Positions 14,716 to 25,179 of a stretch of DNA of 64,000 nt are shown here, one piece after another. A program made the translations under genes and the position numbers. How positions within the stretch are numbered: the first letter of the stretch is position 1; the number at the start of each line of letters is the position of its first letter. Location: IMG/VR virus record IMGVR_UViG_3300035419_000202, positions 1 through 64,000 of that record. The stretch is one strand, 5' to 3'. This DNA is from a virus (lineage: Duplodnaviria > Caudoviricetes). A model generated the notes under the pieces. The model had not been told where the DNA came from. It was given only the letters and a program-made list of their open reading frames with translations, and did no database searches.

Positions 14716-16793
14716 TGGCATATCAAATCCAATTTACAGATTTTACAAATAAAGGATCTATCGTTGTAGAAGATAGAGAAATAAACAACACCGATACTAG
14801 TTTAGCTCTACCTGGAAGAAACAGCACAGCATACGGCGAAGCGATTGCAAGTAACTTCTTGCACATTTTAGAAAACTTTGCAAATAACAATCCCCCTGCT
14901 AATCCTGTTGAAGGACAAACATGGTATGATACAACTGTTGGTGTTGATGCACTTAAAATATATGACGGAACAAATTGGGTTGAATCAGGCGGCATTAAAA
15001 AAGGCGCAGCACAACCTGAAGTTGGAAACAGCGTAATTGGCGATCTTTGGGTAGATACTAGTAACCAACAATTATATTTGAACAACGGTTCAAGTTGGAT
15101 ACTTGTAGGACCAGAATTTAGTGAAGGTTTATCTTCAGGCACAAAAGCAGAACAAATCCAAGGTACAGATGACAAAACTTACACAATTTTAAAAGTTGAA
15201 GTAGGTGCTCAACCTGTAGCAATTATTACAAATGCACAATTTACACCTAAAGTAAACATTAGAGGATTTTCAGAACTTAAACCAGGATTTAATTTAACTA
15301 ATTTAACACTGTCAAATACTATTGCTAGATACAACGGTACAGCAGAATCTGCAGATGCACTTAGAATTGGAAACAATAATATTCCTTCTAGCAACTTTTT
15401 ACGTGCTGATGTAAACACAACAGCAAATGGTATACTTTATGTTAAGAATAACCAAGGTGTGCAAGTAGGTGCAAACTCACAACTAGCATTAGAATCATCA
15501 GGCGAAAGCGGCGTTGTAAAAAGTAACTTCAACGGTGCTAGTTTAGACTTTAAAGTTAAAAATGACCAAGGCGAACAAACAGCAATTAGAATTAAGTCTG
15601 ACACTAATGTTGGTATTAATCAAGAAAATCCTCAAGTTCCATTAGATGTAACAGGTAGTGGACGTTTTACAGGAAACTTAGACGTAACTGGTGTTGAAGA
15701 TGCAGATGATAGTTTCAACGATACACTAACTGAAGGTGCTATTGTAACATCAGGCGGTGCAAGTGTTGCAAAGAATCTTAAAATTGGTGCAAAACTAACT
15801 GTAAAAGGTCAAACAAACATAGGCGGAGATGTTGTTGCTGACCCAGATGCATTAACTAAACCTAATATGGAAGGGTTTGGTACTGTAAAGGCAGATACAT
15901 TTGAAGGCTTCTTTAACGGAAGTGTGTCAGGTACTATTAACGGTACAGCATCGAGTGCGGCAAAACTTAATAACAAAACTGTATTTGAAATGACAGGTGA
16001 TGTAAGTTCAGATCCAGTAACATTTGATGGTGCAGGCGACCTTACAAAAACATTTACAACTACATTAAGTGATAGATTTATATCAGATAAAAGTGTTGTT
16101 GTTACTCCTCAAACAGGGGACGAATTATTAATCAACAGAACACAAGGTGACGGCGGTTTATTTAGAATATCACAATCAAACTTGCTAAAAGGTGTTCCGA
16201 AAAATCCAGTAGGAATGATTGTACCGTTTGCAGGTGAAGTTGCACCTCCAGGTTGGTATTTGTGTGATGGAAAAGAAATTAGACAAACAGAAGCAACAGA
16301 TTTGTACAATGTAATCGGATTTAAATTTAAAGATCCGTTATCAATGTCAAATTCGTCAGCATCATTCTTTGCTTTACCAGATTTTAGAGGTAGATTTTTA
16401 CTAGGTGCTGATAACATGGGCGGGTTACCTGCAGATGTTGTAACTAATACTAATGCAGATAATATAGGTAGCTCATCAGGTTCAGAATTTAAAGATATTA
16501 AAGTAGAAAACTTACCAGAACACGAACACGACATGAAGTCACCAGGTGGTACACAGCATTATGCAATTATTGACGATACTGTACCGCCAGATGAGCAAGG
16601 AAGTATTAACCAACCGTTGAATATTGCCCAAGGCACACAAACAACTAGTGGTATTCCATCAAGTGGTGGAATTAAAGAAGGCGGAACAGACGGCCAAGGA
16701 TCATTTAGAGGTGCAGAAAAGTTAGGTACAGCACTTGATGGGTTACCGCCGTTCGTTACAGTAAATTACATAATATTTGCCGATAATGTTTAG
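14715..16793 (+). CDS. Tail fibre / baseplate protein with C-terminal phage tail-collar domain
   Basis: Collar motif PVGMIVPFAGEVAPPGWYLCDG...LPDFRGRF; N-terminal GRN..YGE...LENFA..PP.NP..GQ.WYD domain shared with the next two genes. Confidence 0.8.
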   Translation: MAYQIQFTDFTNKGSIVVEDREINNTDTSLALPGRNSTAYGEAIASNFLHILENFANNNPPANPVEGQTWYDTTVGVDALKIYDGTNWVESGGIKKGAAQPEVGNSVIGDLWVDTSNQQLYLNNGSSWILVGPEFSEGLSSGTKAEQIQGTDDKTYTILKVEVGAQPVAIITNAQFTPKVNIRGFSELKPGFNLTNLTLSNTIARYNGTAESADALRIGNNNIPSSNFLRADVNTTANGILYVKNNQGVQVGANSQLALESSGESGVVKSNFNGASLDFKVKNDQGEQTAIRIKSDTNVGINQENPQVPLDVTGSGRFTGNLDVTGVEDADDSFNDTLTEGAIVTSGGASVAKNLKIGAKLTVKGQTNIGGDVVADPDALTKPNMEGFGTVKADTFEGFFNGSVSGTINGTASSAAKLNNKTVFEMTGDVSSDPVTFDGAGDLTKTFTTTLSDRFISDKSVVVTPQTGDELLINRTQGDGGLFRISQSNLLKGVPKNPVGMIVPFAGEVAPPGWYLCDGKEIRQTEATDLYNVIGFKFKDPLSMSNSSASFFALPDFRGRFLLGADNMGGLPADVVTNTNADNIGSSSGSEFKDIKVENLPEHEHDMKSPGGTQHYAIIDDTVPPDEQGSINQPLNIAQGTQTTSGIPSSGGIKEGGTDGQGSFRGAEKLGTALDGLPPFVTVNYIIFADNV

Positions 16794-16801
16794 GAAACAA
16801 T

Positions 16802-18628
16802 ATGAGTTATAATTTAAACAAAACAGATGGAACACTACTTACAGAACTTGTAGATGGTATATTAGATAACAACACTACTGACATAAGTCTAGTAGGTAGA
16901 AACTATTCTGGATACGGCGAATTTATAAATGAAAACTTTATAAAAATGCTAGAAAATTTTGCTAATCCAAATAGTCCTGTAGCACCACTTAAAGGACAAC
17001 TTTGGTATGATACAAGTGAAAACAAACTAAAAGTATTTGACGGCACAAGTTTTCAATCAGCAGCTGGTAGTTTTATTAGTGAAACCTTTCCAACAGGACC
17101 TGTACCAGGCGACACATGGTTTAGTACAGAAGCAAAACAATTTTATTTGTATGACGGCGAATTATGGACATTGATTGGTCCAGCATTTAGTAGATTACAA
17201 GGCAAGAGTGGTGTTATTACAGATACAATTTTTGATACAGATCTTAATTCAAAAACAGTACTAAAAGTTTTTGTAAATGAAATATTACAGGCTGTAATAG
17301 CAGGTGAAACATTTACACCAAACCCAATACCTAACAACTTAGTACCAGGGTTAGTTACATCAGAAAATGCCACAGGAACTATTTTTAAAGGTATAAACTT
17401 AATAGACAAAGTAAACTTTAAATACAGAGGTGTTGCTGATTCTGCAGAAAATCTAATTAGTGCAACAGGCTTAGAAGTCAAAGAATCCGAAATAATGAAA
17501 AATAATGCCGATCAGGTGTTACAAGGAAGATTAGATGTTAGAGTTGATGCAGGTATATCAATTGGTCCTAACGATGATACTAGATTGTTTAAGGATAACG
17601 GTTTTACTATTAGGAATACTAGAGCAGGTGATGATTTTAATATTCTTGTACGTGGCGCAAATGATGTACTTGACCAAACAAGTGCGTTAGTAATAAAACC
17701 AACAACAAAACGTATAGGATTATTTAATGCAAATCCTGCTTATAATTTAGATGTTACAGGCGATGTACGTATCACTGGTAATTTAACAGTCGAAGGCGAC
17801 AGTTTTGTAACTGAAGCAGAAACACTACAAATAGCAGATAAAAACATTGAGTTGGCTGTAGTTGATAGTCCAACTAATTTAACATGTGACCAAGGCGGCA
17901 TTACACTTAAAGGTACTACTGATAAAACATTCCAATGGTTAAATTTAACAAGTTCATGGACAAGTAGCGAACACTTAGATCTAGCATCAGGAAAAAGTTA
18001 TAAAGTCAATAATGCTGATGTATTGTCAGCAACTACAATTGGCACTGGAGTAATTAACAGTAGCCTAAGAAACCTTGGCGTACTTGAAACACTAAACATT
18101 GGTACAGGCGGCACAGCAAGTGTAAACATATCTAATGCAGGTGTAATTACAAGACCAGGCCCAGGCTCAGGATTGTCAATTAACGTTGGCGGCGATGTTG
18201 ATTTAAACAGTAACAAAATTACAAACTTATTAACTCCAACAGCAGACGGTGACGGTGTTAACAAAGTATATGCTGATCAAACTGTACAAACAGAACCATT
18301 AGTGATGTCACTAGATGTTACAGGCATGGTTAGTATCAACGATGAAATTATTACAATATTACAAAGTCTGTACCCTGCAACAACGTTTGCTAACGGCAAA
18401 GAAGCAAGAATTGCTACAACGTCTTATGCAGGACAAACAACAGACCCAATTGATATTGCAACACCTACTACAACAACTGAAGTTGATGTTAATGCAGCCG
18501 CAGGCGGTGTAGTAAGTGTAATACAGGGCATAAGTTTACCTAACTCTTTAACTCCGACGTTTACGTTAAGCGTTACAAGAGGGCAAAGAAACTTTATAAT
18601 TACTAATGGAGCGTGGGTTGCAAATTAG
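16802..18628 (+). CDS. Tail fibre-like structural protein (paralog)
   Basis: Same N-terminal domain (GRNYSGYGEFINENFIKMLENFANPNSPVAPLKGQLWYD); fibre-type repeats LDVTGDVRITGNLTV and GITLKGTTDKTFQW. Confidence 0.75.
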   Translation: MSYNLNKTDGTLLTELVDGILDNNTTDISLVGRNYSGYGEFINENFIKMLENFANPNSPVAPLKGQLWYDTSENKLKVFDGTSFQSAAGSFISETFPTGPVPGDTWFSTEAKQFYLYDGELWTLIGPAFSRLQGKSGVITDTIFDTDLNSKTVLKVFVNEILQAVIAGETFTPNPIPNNLVPGLVTSENATGTIFKGINLIDKVNFKYRGVADSAENLISATGLEVKESEIMKNNADQVLQGRLDVRVDAGISIGPNDDTRLFKDNGFTIRNTRAGDDFNILVRGANDVLDQTSALVIKPTTKRIGLFNANPAYNLDVTGDVRITGNLTVEGDSFVTEAETLQIADKNIELAVVDSPTNLTCDQGGITLKGTTDKTFQWLNLTSSWTSSEHLDLASGKSYKVNNADVLSATTIGTGVINSSLRNLGVLETLNIGTGGTASVNISNAGVITRPGPGSGLSINVGGDVDLNSNKITNLLTPTADGDGVNKVYADQTVQTEPLVMSLDVTGMVSINDEIITILQSLYPATTFANGKEARIATTSYAGQTTDPIDIATPTTTTEVDVNAAAGGVVSVIQGISLPNSLTPTFTLSVTRGQRNFIITNGAWVAN

Positions 18629-18636
18629 TATAAATA
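18629..18636 (+). promoter_or_regulatory. T4-type late promoter consensus TATAAATA
   Basis: Exact TATAAATA immediately after the TAG of the upstream gene, 37 nt before the next ATG with AGGA between. Confidence 0.6.
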
Positions 18637-18672
18637 CAACGTGTAAACACAGGATTATATAGGACAAAAAAA

Positions 18673-20172
18673 ATGGCGTATCAAATAGATAGATTTAATA
18701 AGAGCCCCTTAACAACAGTGGAGGATGGTACTCTTGACGAAACTACAGATATTAAATTTGTAGGAAAAAATTATGCAGGATATGGAGAAATACATAACGA
18801 AAACTTCTTATTCTTGCTAGAAAACTTTGCAGGTGCTAATCAACCACCTAAACCAGTAAGCGGTCAACTTTGGTTTGACAGCGGTTCGGATAGAATGAAG
18901 TTTAGAGATGGCAACCAAAACTGGCGAACAGTAGGCGGTGCAGAAGTTTCCGGAGCTCAACCAGCAGGGTTAGCAGAAGGTGATTTTTGGTGGGATAGTG
19001 CTAACGAACAACTTTACGTTTACAACGGTGCCAATTTTGTCCTAATTGGGCCACAAGACGCAGGTGAAGGCCAAACAGCAATGGTTAGTCGTACTGTACT
19101 TGATAATACAAGCCCATCGGGCATTTCAAGAAGTATTATTACAGCAACAGTAAATGATTCTGTACAGTTTATTATATCACCAACAGCATTTACACTGGGC
19201 TCAGGCGCAGATAATGAAATAAACGGATTTAGTGATATTAAACAAGGTGTTACATTAAGAGACACGCCAGCTTCGGGTGTAACAAGTACAGCATTTAGAT
19301 TCCATGGTACAGCAACAAACGCTGAAAAATTAGGAGGGTTAAGTGCTGCAGATTTTGTACAGGGCGGAACACCAAGTTTTTCAACTCAATTAGATCTAAC
19401 AGCAGGTTTAGTGACACATAGTAATTTTTACTTTACAATGCGTCCAGATAACCAAACTGGTTTAATTAAAAACACAAGTGCAAACGCAAACCAAATTGAT
19501 TTTGAATTAAAAGCACCTTCCACAGGTACACTTACACATTCTGTTGCAATTACATCAGAAGGTATTATGCCAGGTGGTGCTACTACTGATCTTAAATTAG
19601 GTAAAGACGGTAATGCATGGGACGAAGTACATGCTACAGCATTTAAAGGTATAGCAGATAGTGCAAACGAATTAAGAATTGGCACATCAGGTAGCTCATA
19701 CACATATGCTACTGCATCAAATGTAGGCGGAACTATTGCTGTAAGAGAACAAGACGGTTCTAATACAAAACTAGTTGCAGACATTTTCCAAGGTATAGCA
19801 ACACAAGCACAGTTTGCTGACTTGGCAGAAAAATATACAGTAGAAAAAGATCATCCTGTAGGTACAGTTATGTATGTAAGTACAGCAGGCGAATATGAAA
19901 TTGCACCATGCTTATTGGATAGTTATCCAGTAGGTGTTATATCTGAAAAACCAGCATACTTAATGAATGCAGAAGCAGACGGTCAAGCAATAGCACTTGA
20001 AGGTCGTGTTCCAGTAAGATGTATTGGTGAAGTACGTAAAGGCGATAGAGTTTACGTAGACGCTGAAGGGTGTGCAAGTACAAAATTTGACGGTAATCCT
20101 TTAGTTGGTGTAGCACTTGAAAGCAACTTAGACGAACAAGAAAAATTAGTAGAGTGTATATTAAAACTTTAG
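18673..20172 (+). CDS. Tail fibre-like protein with C-terminal Peptidase G2/intramolecular-chaperone-like domain
   Basis: Shared N-terminal domain (GKNYAGYGEIHNENFLFLLENFAGANQPPKPVSGQLWFD); C-terminus ADLAEKY...PVGTV...GVISEKPAYLMN...IALEGRVPVR typical of fibre maturation domains. Confidence 0.75.
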   Translation: MAYQIDRFNKSPLTTVEDGTLDETTDIKFVGKNYAGYGEIHNENFLFLLENFAGANQPPKPVSGQLWFDSGSDRMKFRDGNQNWRTVGGAEVSGAQPAGLAEGDFWWDSANEQLYVYNGANFVLIGPQDAGEGQTAMVSRTVLDNTSPSGISRSIITATVNDSVQFIISPTAFTLGSGADNEINGFSDIKQGVTLRDTPASGVTSTAFRFHGTATNAEKLGGLSAADFVQGGTPSFSTQLDLTAGLVTHSNFYFTMRPDNQTGLIKNTSANANQIDFELKAPSTGTLTHSVAITSEGIMPGGATTDLKLGKDGNAWDEVHATAFKGIADSANELRIGTSGSSYTYATASNVGGTIAVREQDGSNTKLVADIFQGIATQAQFADLAEKYTVEKDHPVGTVMYVSTAGEYEIAPCLLDSYPVGVISEKPAYLMNAEADGQAIALEGRVPVRCIGEVRKGDRVYVDAEGCASTKFDGNPLVGVALESNLDEQEKLVECILKL

Positions 20173-20182
20173 GAGATAACTT

Positions 20183-21196
20183 ATGCCGGCTGTTACAGAC
20201 CTAGTCAACTCATCCGTATACAATTCGATTAGAAGCACAGTAAACAACGTGTTAGGTGTTGGCGATGGCGCACAAACAGGCTATGGCAGAACATTAGAAA
20301 GTGAGTCAAAAGCAGATAATGATATTATATATGCTGCTGATATGCAAAAACTTTTTAACGATTTAGTTAAAGCAAGAACACACCAAAAAGGTAATCCTCC
20401 AACATGGACAAATGCAGACGGACTTGCAGCTCCATCAATAGGAGAAATTGTTGGTGTATATGCTGCAGATGTAGGTCCAGGCGGAACAAGTGCAGATGCA
20501 ACAAACGATCAAGCAGAAGGATTTGCTGACTTTGAAGCAGCCGCACAGAATGTTCTAGATGACAGAGACGTATTTGATATATCACAGTTTTCAACTACAA
20601 TCGAAGATACAAACACAAGACAATCAAGTTGGAATGGCGAGATTGATCATACAGTAACAGTTACTTGGCAAAATGCCGATGAAAGAAGATACTTTTTTAA
20701 TACTGGCGGAACAATTAAATTTAATGCTTCACTAACAGGTGGTACAAGTGTACCAGGTGATGTAACAACAACACCTCCAGGAACAAAAGACGAAATATGG
20801 CAAACAATGTTAGGTACAATGGGTACTGTAAGATTTGCAAAAGGTATAACAGCATCAGATGGTTCCAATCCTGGCACAGGTACAGCGATTGGTAATTATC
20901 ATGATTGGTCAGGATCAAGTTCCTCAAGTCCAGTAAGAATTTTTACAAAAACTGGCTCCGGGTTGTATGCAGAAAACGAATACTATATTGATGCTTGGGA
21001 AACAGCGTCTAACAGTTTAAGATTTAAAATTGTATTTGTAGATAATGACATTGGTGACGAAGTTAGTGATCCTGCTTCATCAGGTCCTGAAGACGAGGAT
21101 GTCACAGGGGTAACTGAAAGTACAGTTTCTTTTGTATATGCTAGTGGAGCGTTAGCAATTCCTAAACCGTCCTTAACAGTCAATTCAAATCTATAA
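20183..21196 (+). CDS. Virion structural protein, 337 aa (paralog of the N-terminal part of 21221..24709)
   Basis: AGGAG SD; shares VLG.GDGAQ.GYG, W.NADGLAAPS, DQAEG(F/Y).DFEAAA and RRYFFNTGG.I.FNA motifs with the next gene. Confidence 0.7.
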   Translation: MPAVTDLVNSSVYNSIRSTVNNVLGVGDGAQTGYGRTLESESKADNDIIYAADMQKLFNDLVKARTHQKGNPPTWTNADGLAAPSIGEIVGVYAADVGPGGTSADATNDQAEGFADFEAAAQNVLDDRDVFDISQFSTTIEDTNTRQSSWNGEIDHTVTVTWQNADERRYFFNTGGTIKFNASLTGGTSVPGDVTTTPPGTKDEIWQTMLGTMGTVRFAKGITASDGSNPGTGTAIGNYHDWSGSSSSSPVRIFTKTGSGLYAENEYYIDAWETASNSLRFKIVFVDNDIGDEVSDPASSGPEDEDVTGVTESTVSFVYASGALAIPKPSLTVNSNL

Positions 21197-21199
21197 GTA
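21194..21199 (+). promoter_or_regulatory. Late-promoter-like variant TAAGTA overlapping a stop codon
   Basis: TAA stop of 20183..21196 forms the first half; one mismatch to TAAATA; 22 nt before the next ATG. Confidence 0.35.
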
Positions 21200-21220
21200 C
21201 ATACATAAGAGGAAACAGGA

Positions 21221-24200
21221 ATGGCTGTAGTTGGAACAAATGTTACCGCGGCAAATTATAATACAATCCAAGGTAAGATAGATGACGTTTTAGGTGCTGG
21301 AGACGGAGCACAAAACGGTTACGGCCAATCTTTACAAAGTTCACAAAAAAGCGCAGGCGATGTAATTGCTGCAACAGATATGCAACAGTTATACAACGAC
21401 CTTATCAAAGCAAGATTACATCAAACAAATCCAGTAACATGGTCCAATGCTGACGGACTTGCTGCACCAAGTGCGGCTGAAAATGTCGGTGCAAGTGCCG
21501 CAGACATTGGAGACGAAACTCCTCTAACTATTTTCTCACTTGTTGCGTCAACAGAATATATGATTGTTGATACAGGTGATTCTGATTTTACATTAATAGG
21601 TGCTTCTGCTAACGAAGCAGGAATAAAATTTACAGCAACAGGACCAGGAACTGGTACAGGTATTGCAAAACTTTCACCTACAAGTGCTAACGCAGAAGAC
21701 GATCAAGCAGAGGGATATTTAGACTTTGAAGCAGCGGCAGATGAAATTGTAGCAGATATAAATCAACATGATGCTGATAACTTTACAATATCAACAGTAA
21801 CCAGCACACGTACTAATCCGTGGGGCGGCGGCGACTTTGCTAGTCCTGGTTCTAAAATTACCAACGAAGTAGAAATTACTTGGCTTAATTCTGATCAAAG
21901 AAGATACTTCTTTAACACAGGCGGTGAAATAAGATTTAATGCTGACCTTACAGGTGCTGTAACAGCAAATTCAAAAGAAGATAATTGGAACACTGTATTA
22001 GCCAACATGGGTACAATTACATTTGGTAAAAGCGCAACAACAGCAGATGGTTCGAGTCCAGGATCTGGTTCAGCAATTGGTAATTATTATGCAGATTGGA
22101 ATCTAACAAGTTCGAGTAATAGAGCGGTAATATATATAAAAAATGGCTCAGGCATATATGCTGACATTCAATATAGAATTGAAGCATGGGAAGTTGCTGC
22201 CGGTAATGCAACCACACCAAGCACACTAAGATTTAGAATAGAATTTCAAGATAACGATTACAGTAGTAGTCCTAGTGATGTAGATGAATATATCGATAAT
22301 GACATCGAAAGCAATGTAAAAATTTATCATGATACAGTTTTAGGAATACCAGCACCGTCACTCACAACAATTACAGCATTAGATGACGGCATACAAAATT
22401 CTGTTTCTGCTAACTTAACAAGAAATCCAGCAACAGGGTCTATTGACGAAGGCGAATCTGTAACGTTTACATTAAGTGTAAATCCTTCAGCTAATGGCAC
22501 TACAATAGATTATACATTGAGTGGTGTAGGTATAAGTGTTGGTGATCTTGACAATAGTCAAGGCATGGGCGGTGTATTTACTATTAATAATGGTATAGGA
22601 AGTGTAACTATAACTGCAAAGAATGACGAAACTTCAGAAGGAGCAGAAACATTGACTTGTAGTGTTCCTGCATTTGGATTGCAACAAAGTATACAAATAA
22701 ATGATACTAGTACTTCACCATCACCACCTGTGGTTAACACATACAATATAACAGGACCATCAAGTATTAATGAAGGAAGCACAGGCACCTATAACGTAAC
22801 AACCAACGACAATGATGGCACATATTATTACTCAGTAAGTCCGACAGGTGTAATGACCACAAACAATGGAAGTTTCAGTGTTACAGGCGGCAATGGATCA
22901 TTCAATCTCACAGCAGCTAATGATGCTGTAGTTGGAGATAACGAAACTATCACAGTATCATTTAGAACAGGTGGAGTAGGTGGAACAATAGTAGATAGTA
23001 TGAGTACATCTATTGTAGATACTACTGTGCCTGCAAGAACGGAAAATTTATATGCAATAGAATATTATGCTCTTGCAGACCTTGATGCCGGAGGAATGGG
23101 TAATGACGCATTTCAAACTTACGGAACGACCCAAAACAGGACAAGAATAGTTTCTGCAAATTCAGTCAGTCGTCCATCATTGCAAAATATTAGTGAAACA
23201 AGATACTATGGCGGCTTTGACACTGGCTATACGTGGGCTAAACAAGCTAACGACAATAGAATTGATATTGCTGTAGTTGGCGGCGGAGGCGGCGGCGCAG
23301 GTGTTTCAGTAGATAGTAGTAGAGAAGGCCCTGCAAGTGGCGGCGGCGCCGGCGGCGTTGCATTTAAGACACTACTGGACGGGAATATTCCAAATACAGC
23401 AAATATAATTGTTGGCAGAGGCGGAGATGGCTCACGCCAAGAAGGCGGGTCTAATGATTACAACTTAGGTCGCGCTGGAGGTATAAGCACTTTTTCATAT
23501 AGCTCTACTATAGATAAGTATTCATTCACATTTGGTAAGGAAAGTTTTGTAATGCAAGGCACTAACTTACCATCTGTGTGGGTCTGGGAAGGCAACGTAA
23601 TTAGGACGGCAATTAACGATTTTGCTGGTTCTTTTGTTTACAACGGTGTTACGTATGAACGCGGCACTCAAGAAGCATCTTTTAATTGGGGAAGTAATCC
23701 CCTAGAACCAGAATTAGCTTTTTACTATAGAATAAAAAGAGCTGGAGGAACAATAGATGCCGGTCCTGGCCAAAACAGCGGCTTTTTTGGCGTCACCGAT
23801 ATCTCAGGCGTAGGAGGGCTTGGTGGTCCTGCATCTGGCGGAGATTCAAACTTTGTAGGTGCTGCGGGTCTTAATACTTTAACTAATTTTAATACTCTTC
23901 GATCAAGCACTGGCGGAACCATAAGCACAGGAGATGGTATTCAAGCAAACTTACCTGACGGTGATACACTTCCTGCTAGTGGTACTTTGGCAGATGAAAA
24001 CGTAGGTAACAGAGTAAAAGAAGGCGCTAGAACAAACATCAGCGCCAACAAGATACTATTACAATATCTAGAAGTGCAAGGCGGCACTGCGGCTTGCCAA
24101 ATACCTAATTACGGAACCTACTGTAACGGTTTAGGAGTTGGTGCAGGAGGCGGAGGTATGTCTCAGCGTCAACAACCGTCTAGAGGCGGCGCAGGTCATC

Positions 24201-24709
24201 CTGGGGTAGTTGCTATAGCAAGATATAGTTCTACAGAACCTGCAAAATCGATAAACATTTATACAGCAAACGGTGTTGTAGGCATAACAACCTCTTTTCC
24301 AACAGTCTATGGTGCAGGCTGGAACGGTTCAACTATAGGCACAAATACAAATAATTTTACTACTACTAGCGGCAGTCATTCATTAGTAAGTGCAGTTATA
24401 ACCAGGATCGTATCAGCTCCTACAGGCACAACGAATATGAGTGGTATCATGTTTTTTGTGGAATTCAAGTTAAGTGGCAATGTACCGTTTGAAAGATTAC
24501 ACAGCGTTGATGTTTCACAAGGTACTAACAGAAATATTACTTTTGTAAAAACACAGCGATCAGCAAGAGGTTTCGATGGAACAAACACTACATTTACTCT
24601 TAGTACGCAAGACGGGCTACCACCATTAGTAACGTCGGATGACAGTAACGGATTTATTTGGGTTTTGAATCAGGGCAACTGGAATTTTACACTAAGGACT
24701 TTTGAATAA
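21221..24709 (+). CDS. Virion structural / putative receptor-binding protein with Ig/Calx-beta-like and glycine-rich modules, 1162 aa
   Basis: N-terminal paralog domain; SIDEGESVTFTL...DETSEGAETLT and SINEGSTGTYNV Ig-like repeats; Gly-rich VVGGGGGGAG...GGGAGG and GAGGGG...GGAGHPGVV.I.RY segments. Confidence 0.7.
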   Translation: MAVVGTNVTAANYNTIQGKIDDVLGAGDGAQNGYGQSLQSSQKSAGDVIAATDMQQLYNDLIKARLHQTNPVTWSNADGLAAPSAAENVGASAADIGDETPLTIFSLVASTEYMIVDTGDSDFTLIGASANEAGIKFTATGPGTGTGIAKLSPTSANAEDDQAEGYLDFEAAADEIVADINQHDADNFTISTVTSTRTNPWGGGDFASPGSKITNEVEITWLNSDQRRYFFNTGGEIRFNADLTGAVTANSKEDNWNTVLANMGTITFGKSATTADGSSPGSGSAIGNYYADWNLTSSSNRAVIYIKNGSGIYADIQYRIEAWEVAAGNATTPSTLRFRIEFQDNDYSSSPSDVDEYIDNDIESNVKIYHDTVLGIPAPSLTTITALDDGIQNSVSANLTRNPATGSIDEGESVTFTLSVNPSANGTTIDYTLSGVGISVGDLDNSQGMGGVFTINNGIGSVTITAKNDETSEGAETLTCSVPAFGLQQSIQINDTSTSPSPPVVNTYNITGPSSINEGSTGTYNVTTNDNDGTYYYSVSPTGVMTTNNGSFSVTGGNGSFNLTAANDAVVGDNETITVSFRTGGVGGTIVDSMSTSIVDTTVPARTENLYAIEYYALADLDAGGMGNDAFQTYGTTQNRTRIVSANSVSRPSLQNISETRYYGGFDTGYTWAKQANDNRIDIAVVGGGGGGAGVSVDSSREGPASGGGAGGVAFKTLLDGNIPNTANIIVGRGGDGSRQEGGSNDYNLGRAGGISTFSYSSTIDKYSFTFGKESFVMQGTNLPSVWVWEGNVIRTAINDFAGSFVYNGVTYERGTQEASFNWGSNPLEPELAFYYRIKRAGGTIDAGPGQNSGFFGVTDISGVGGLGGPASGGDSNFVGAAGLNTLTNFNTLRSSTGGTISTGDGIQANLPDGDTLPASGTLADENVGNRVKEGARTNISANKILLQYLEVQGGTAACQIPNYGTYCNGLGVGAGGGGMSQRQQPSRGGAGHPGVVAIARYSSTEPAKSINIYTANGVVGITTSFPTVYGAGWNGSTIGTNTNNFTTTSGSHSLVSAVITRIVSAPTGTTNMSGIMFFVEFKLSGNVPFERLHSVDVSQGTNRNITFVKTQRSARGFDGTNTTFTLSTQDGLPPLVTSDDSNGFIWVLNQGNWNFTLRTFE

Positions 24710-25179
24710 TGGCTACGTATTTTATAAATGAAGTATACGAGTTGTCAGAAGAATTTGTTGACGAATTACACAACGAGTTAGCTTTAGAATTTAGTAAACA
24801 CAATCCACATTGTGATCTAAAAAATGCTTTAAGCACATTATACACTGATGTGTTTACATATTTTTTACTTACAATAGATAATAAACCAGTATCACTTGTT
24901 ATAGGTATAGCAGAAGGTGATCAGTTTACTATAGGTGAAATACATAGCATTGCTTATAATGGCTCTAGAGATTACTTGTATGAATCTACATATTTTGATA
25001 CATTAAATAATGCATTAATTGAAAGAGGTTTTACCAGTAAAAAATTTATTACCTCTAAAACAGCTAGAGACGATAATTGGATAAGACGTACTTGTACTGA
25101 ACATCCACTTGCTGACAGTTATGCTCCAACGTTAGAAGAAACTGAAACTCATTCAATTTGGACTTGGTCTTTTTCTTGA
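24709..25179 (+). CDS. Hypothetical protein, 156 aa
   Basis: TAATG coupling to the upstream structural gene; the alpha/beta pattern is vaguely GNAT-like, but no motif is certain. Confidence 0.6.
   Translation: MATYFINEVYELSEEFVDELHNELALEFSKHNPHCDLKNALSTLYTDVFTYFLLTIDNKPVSLVIGIAEGDQFTIGEIHSIAYNGSRDYLYESTYFDTLNNALIERGFTSKKFITSKTARDDNWIRRTCTEHPLADSYAPTLEETETHSIWTWSFS

Noticed and set aside
2360-18512. Same-strand nested ORFs 2360..2635, 5318..5521 and 18315..18512
   Set aside because: Unlike 38538..38774, the host-frame codons look normal (A/T-ending), there is no SD, and the Gln/Leu-rich products are the expected artefact of ACA/GCA-rich codons.
23279-23356. GGC-rich short repeats
   Set aside because: They simply encode poly-glycine in the structural protein.
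193-24588. Many 60-150 aa antisense ORFs over the structural genes (e.g. 6006..6332, 14723..15175, 16109..16534)
   Set aside because: Shadows of the strong plus-strand genes; no SD, and no codon distortion in the host frame.
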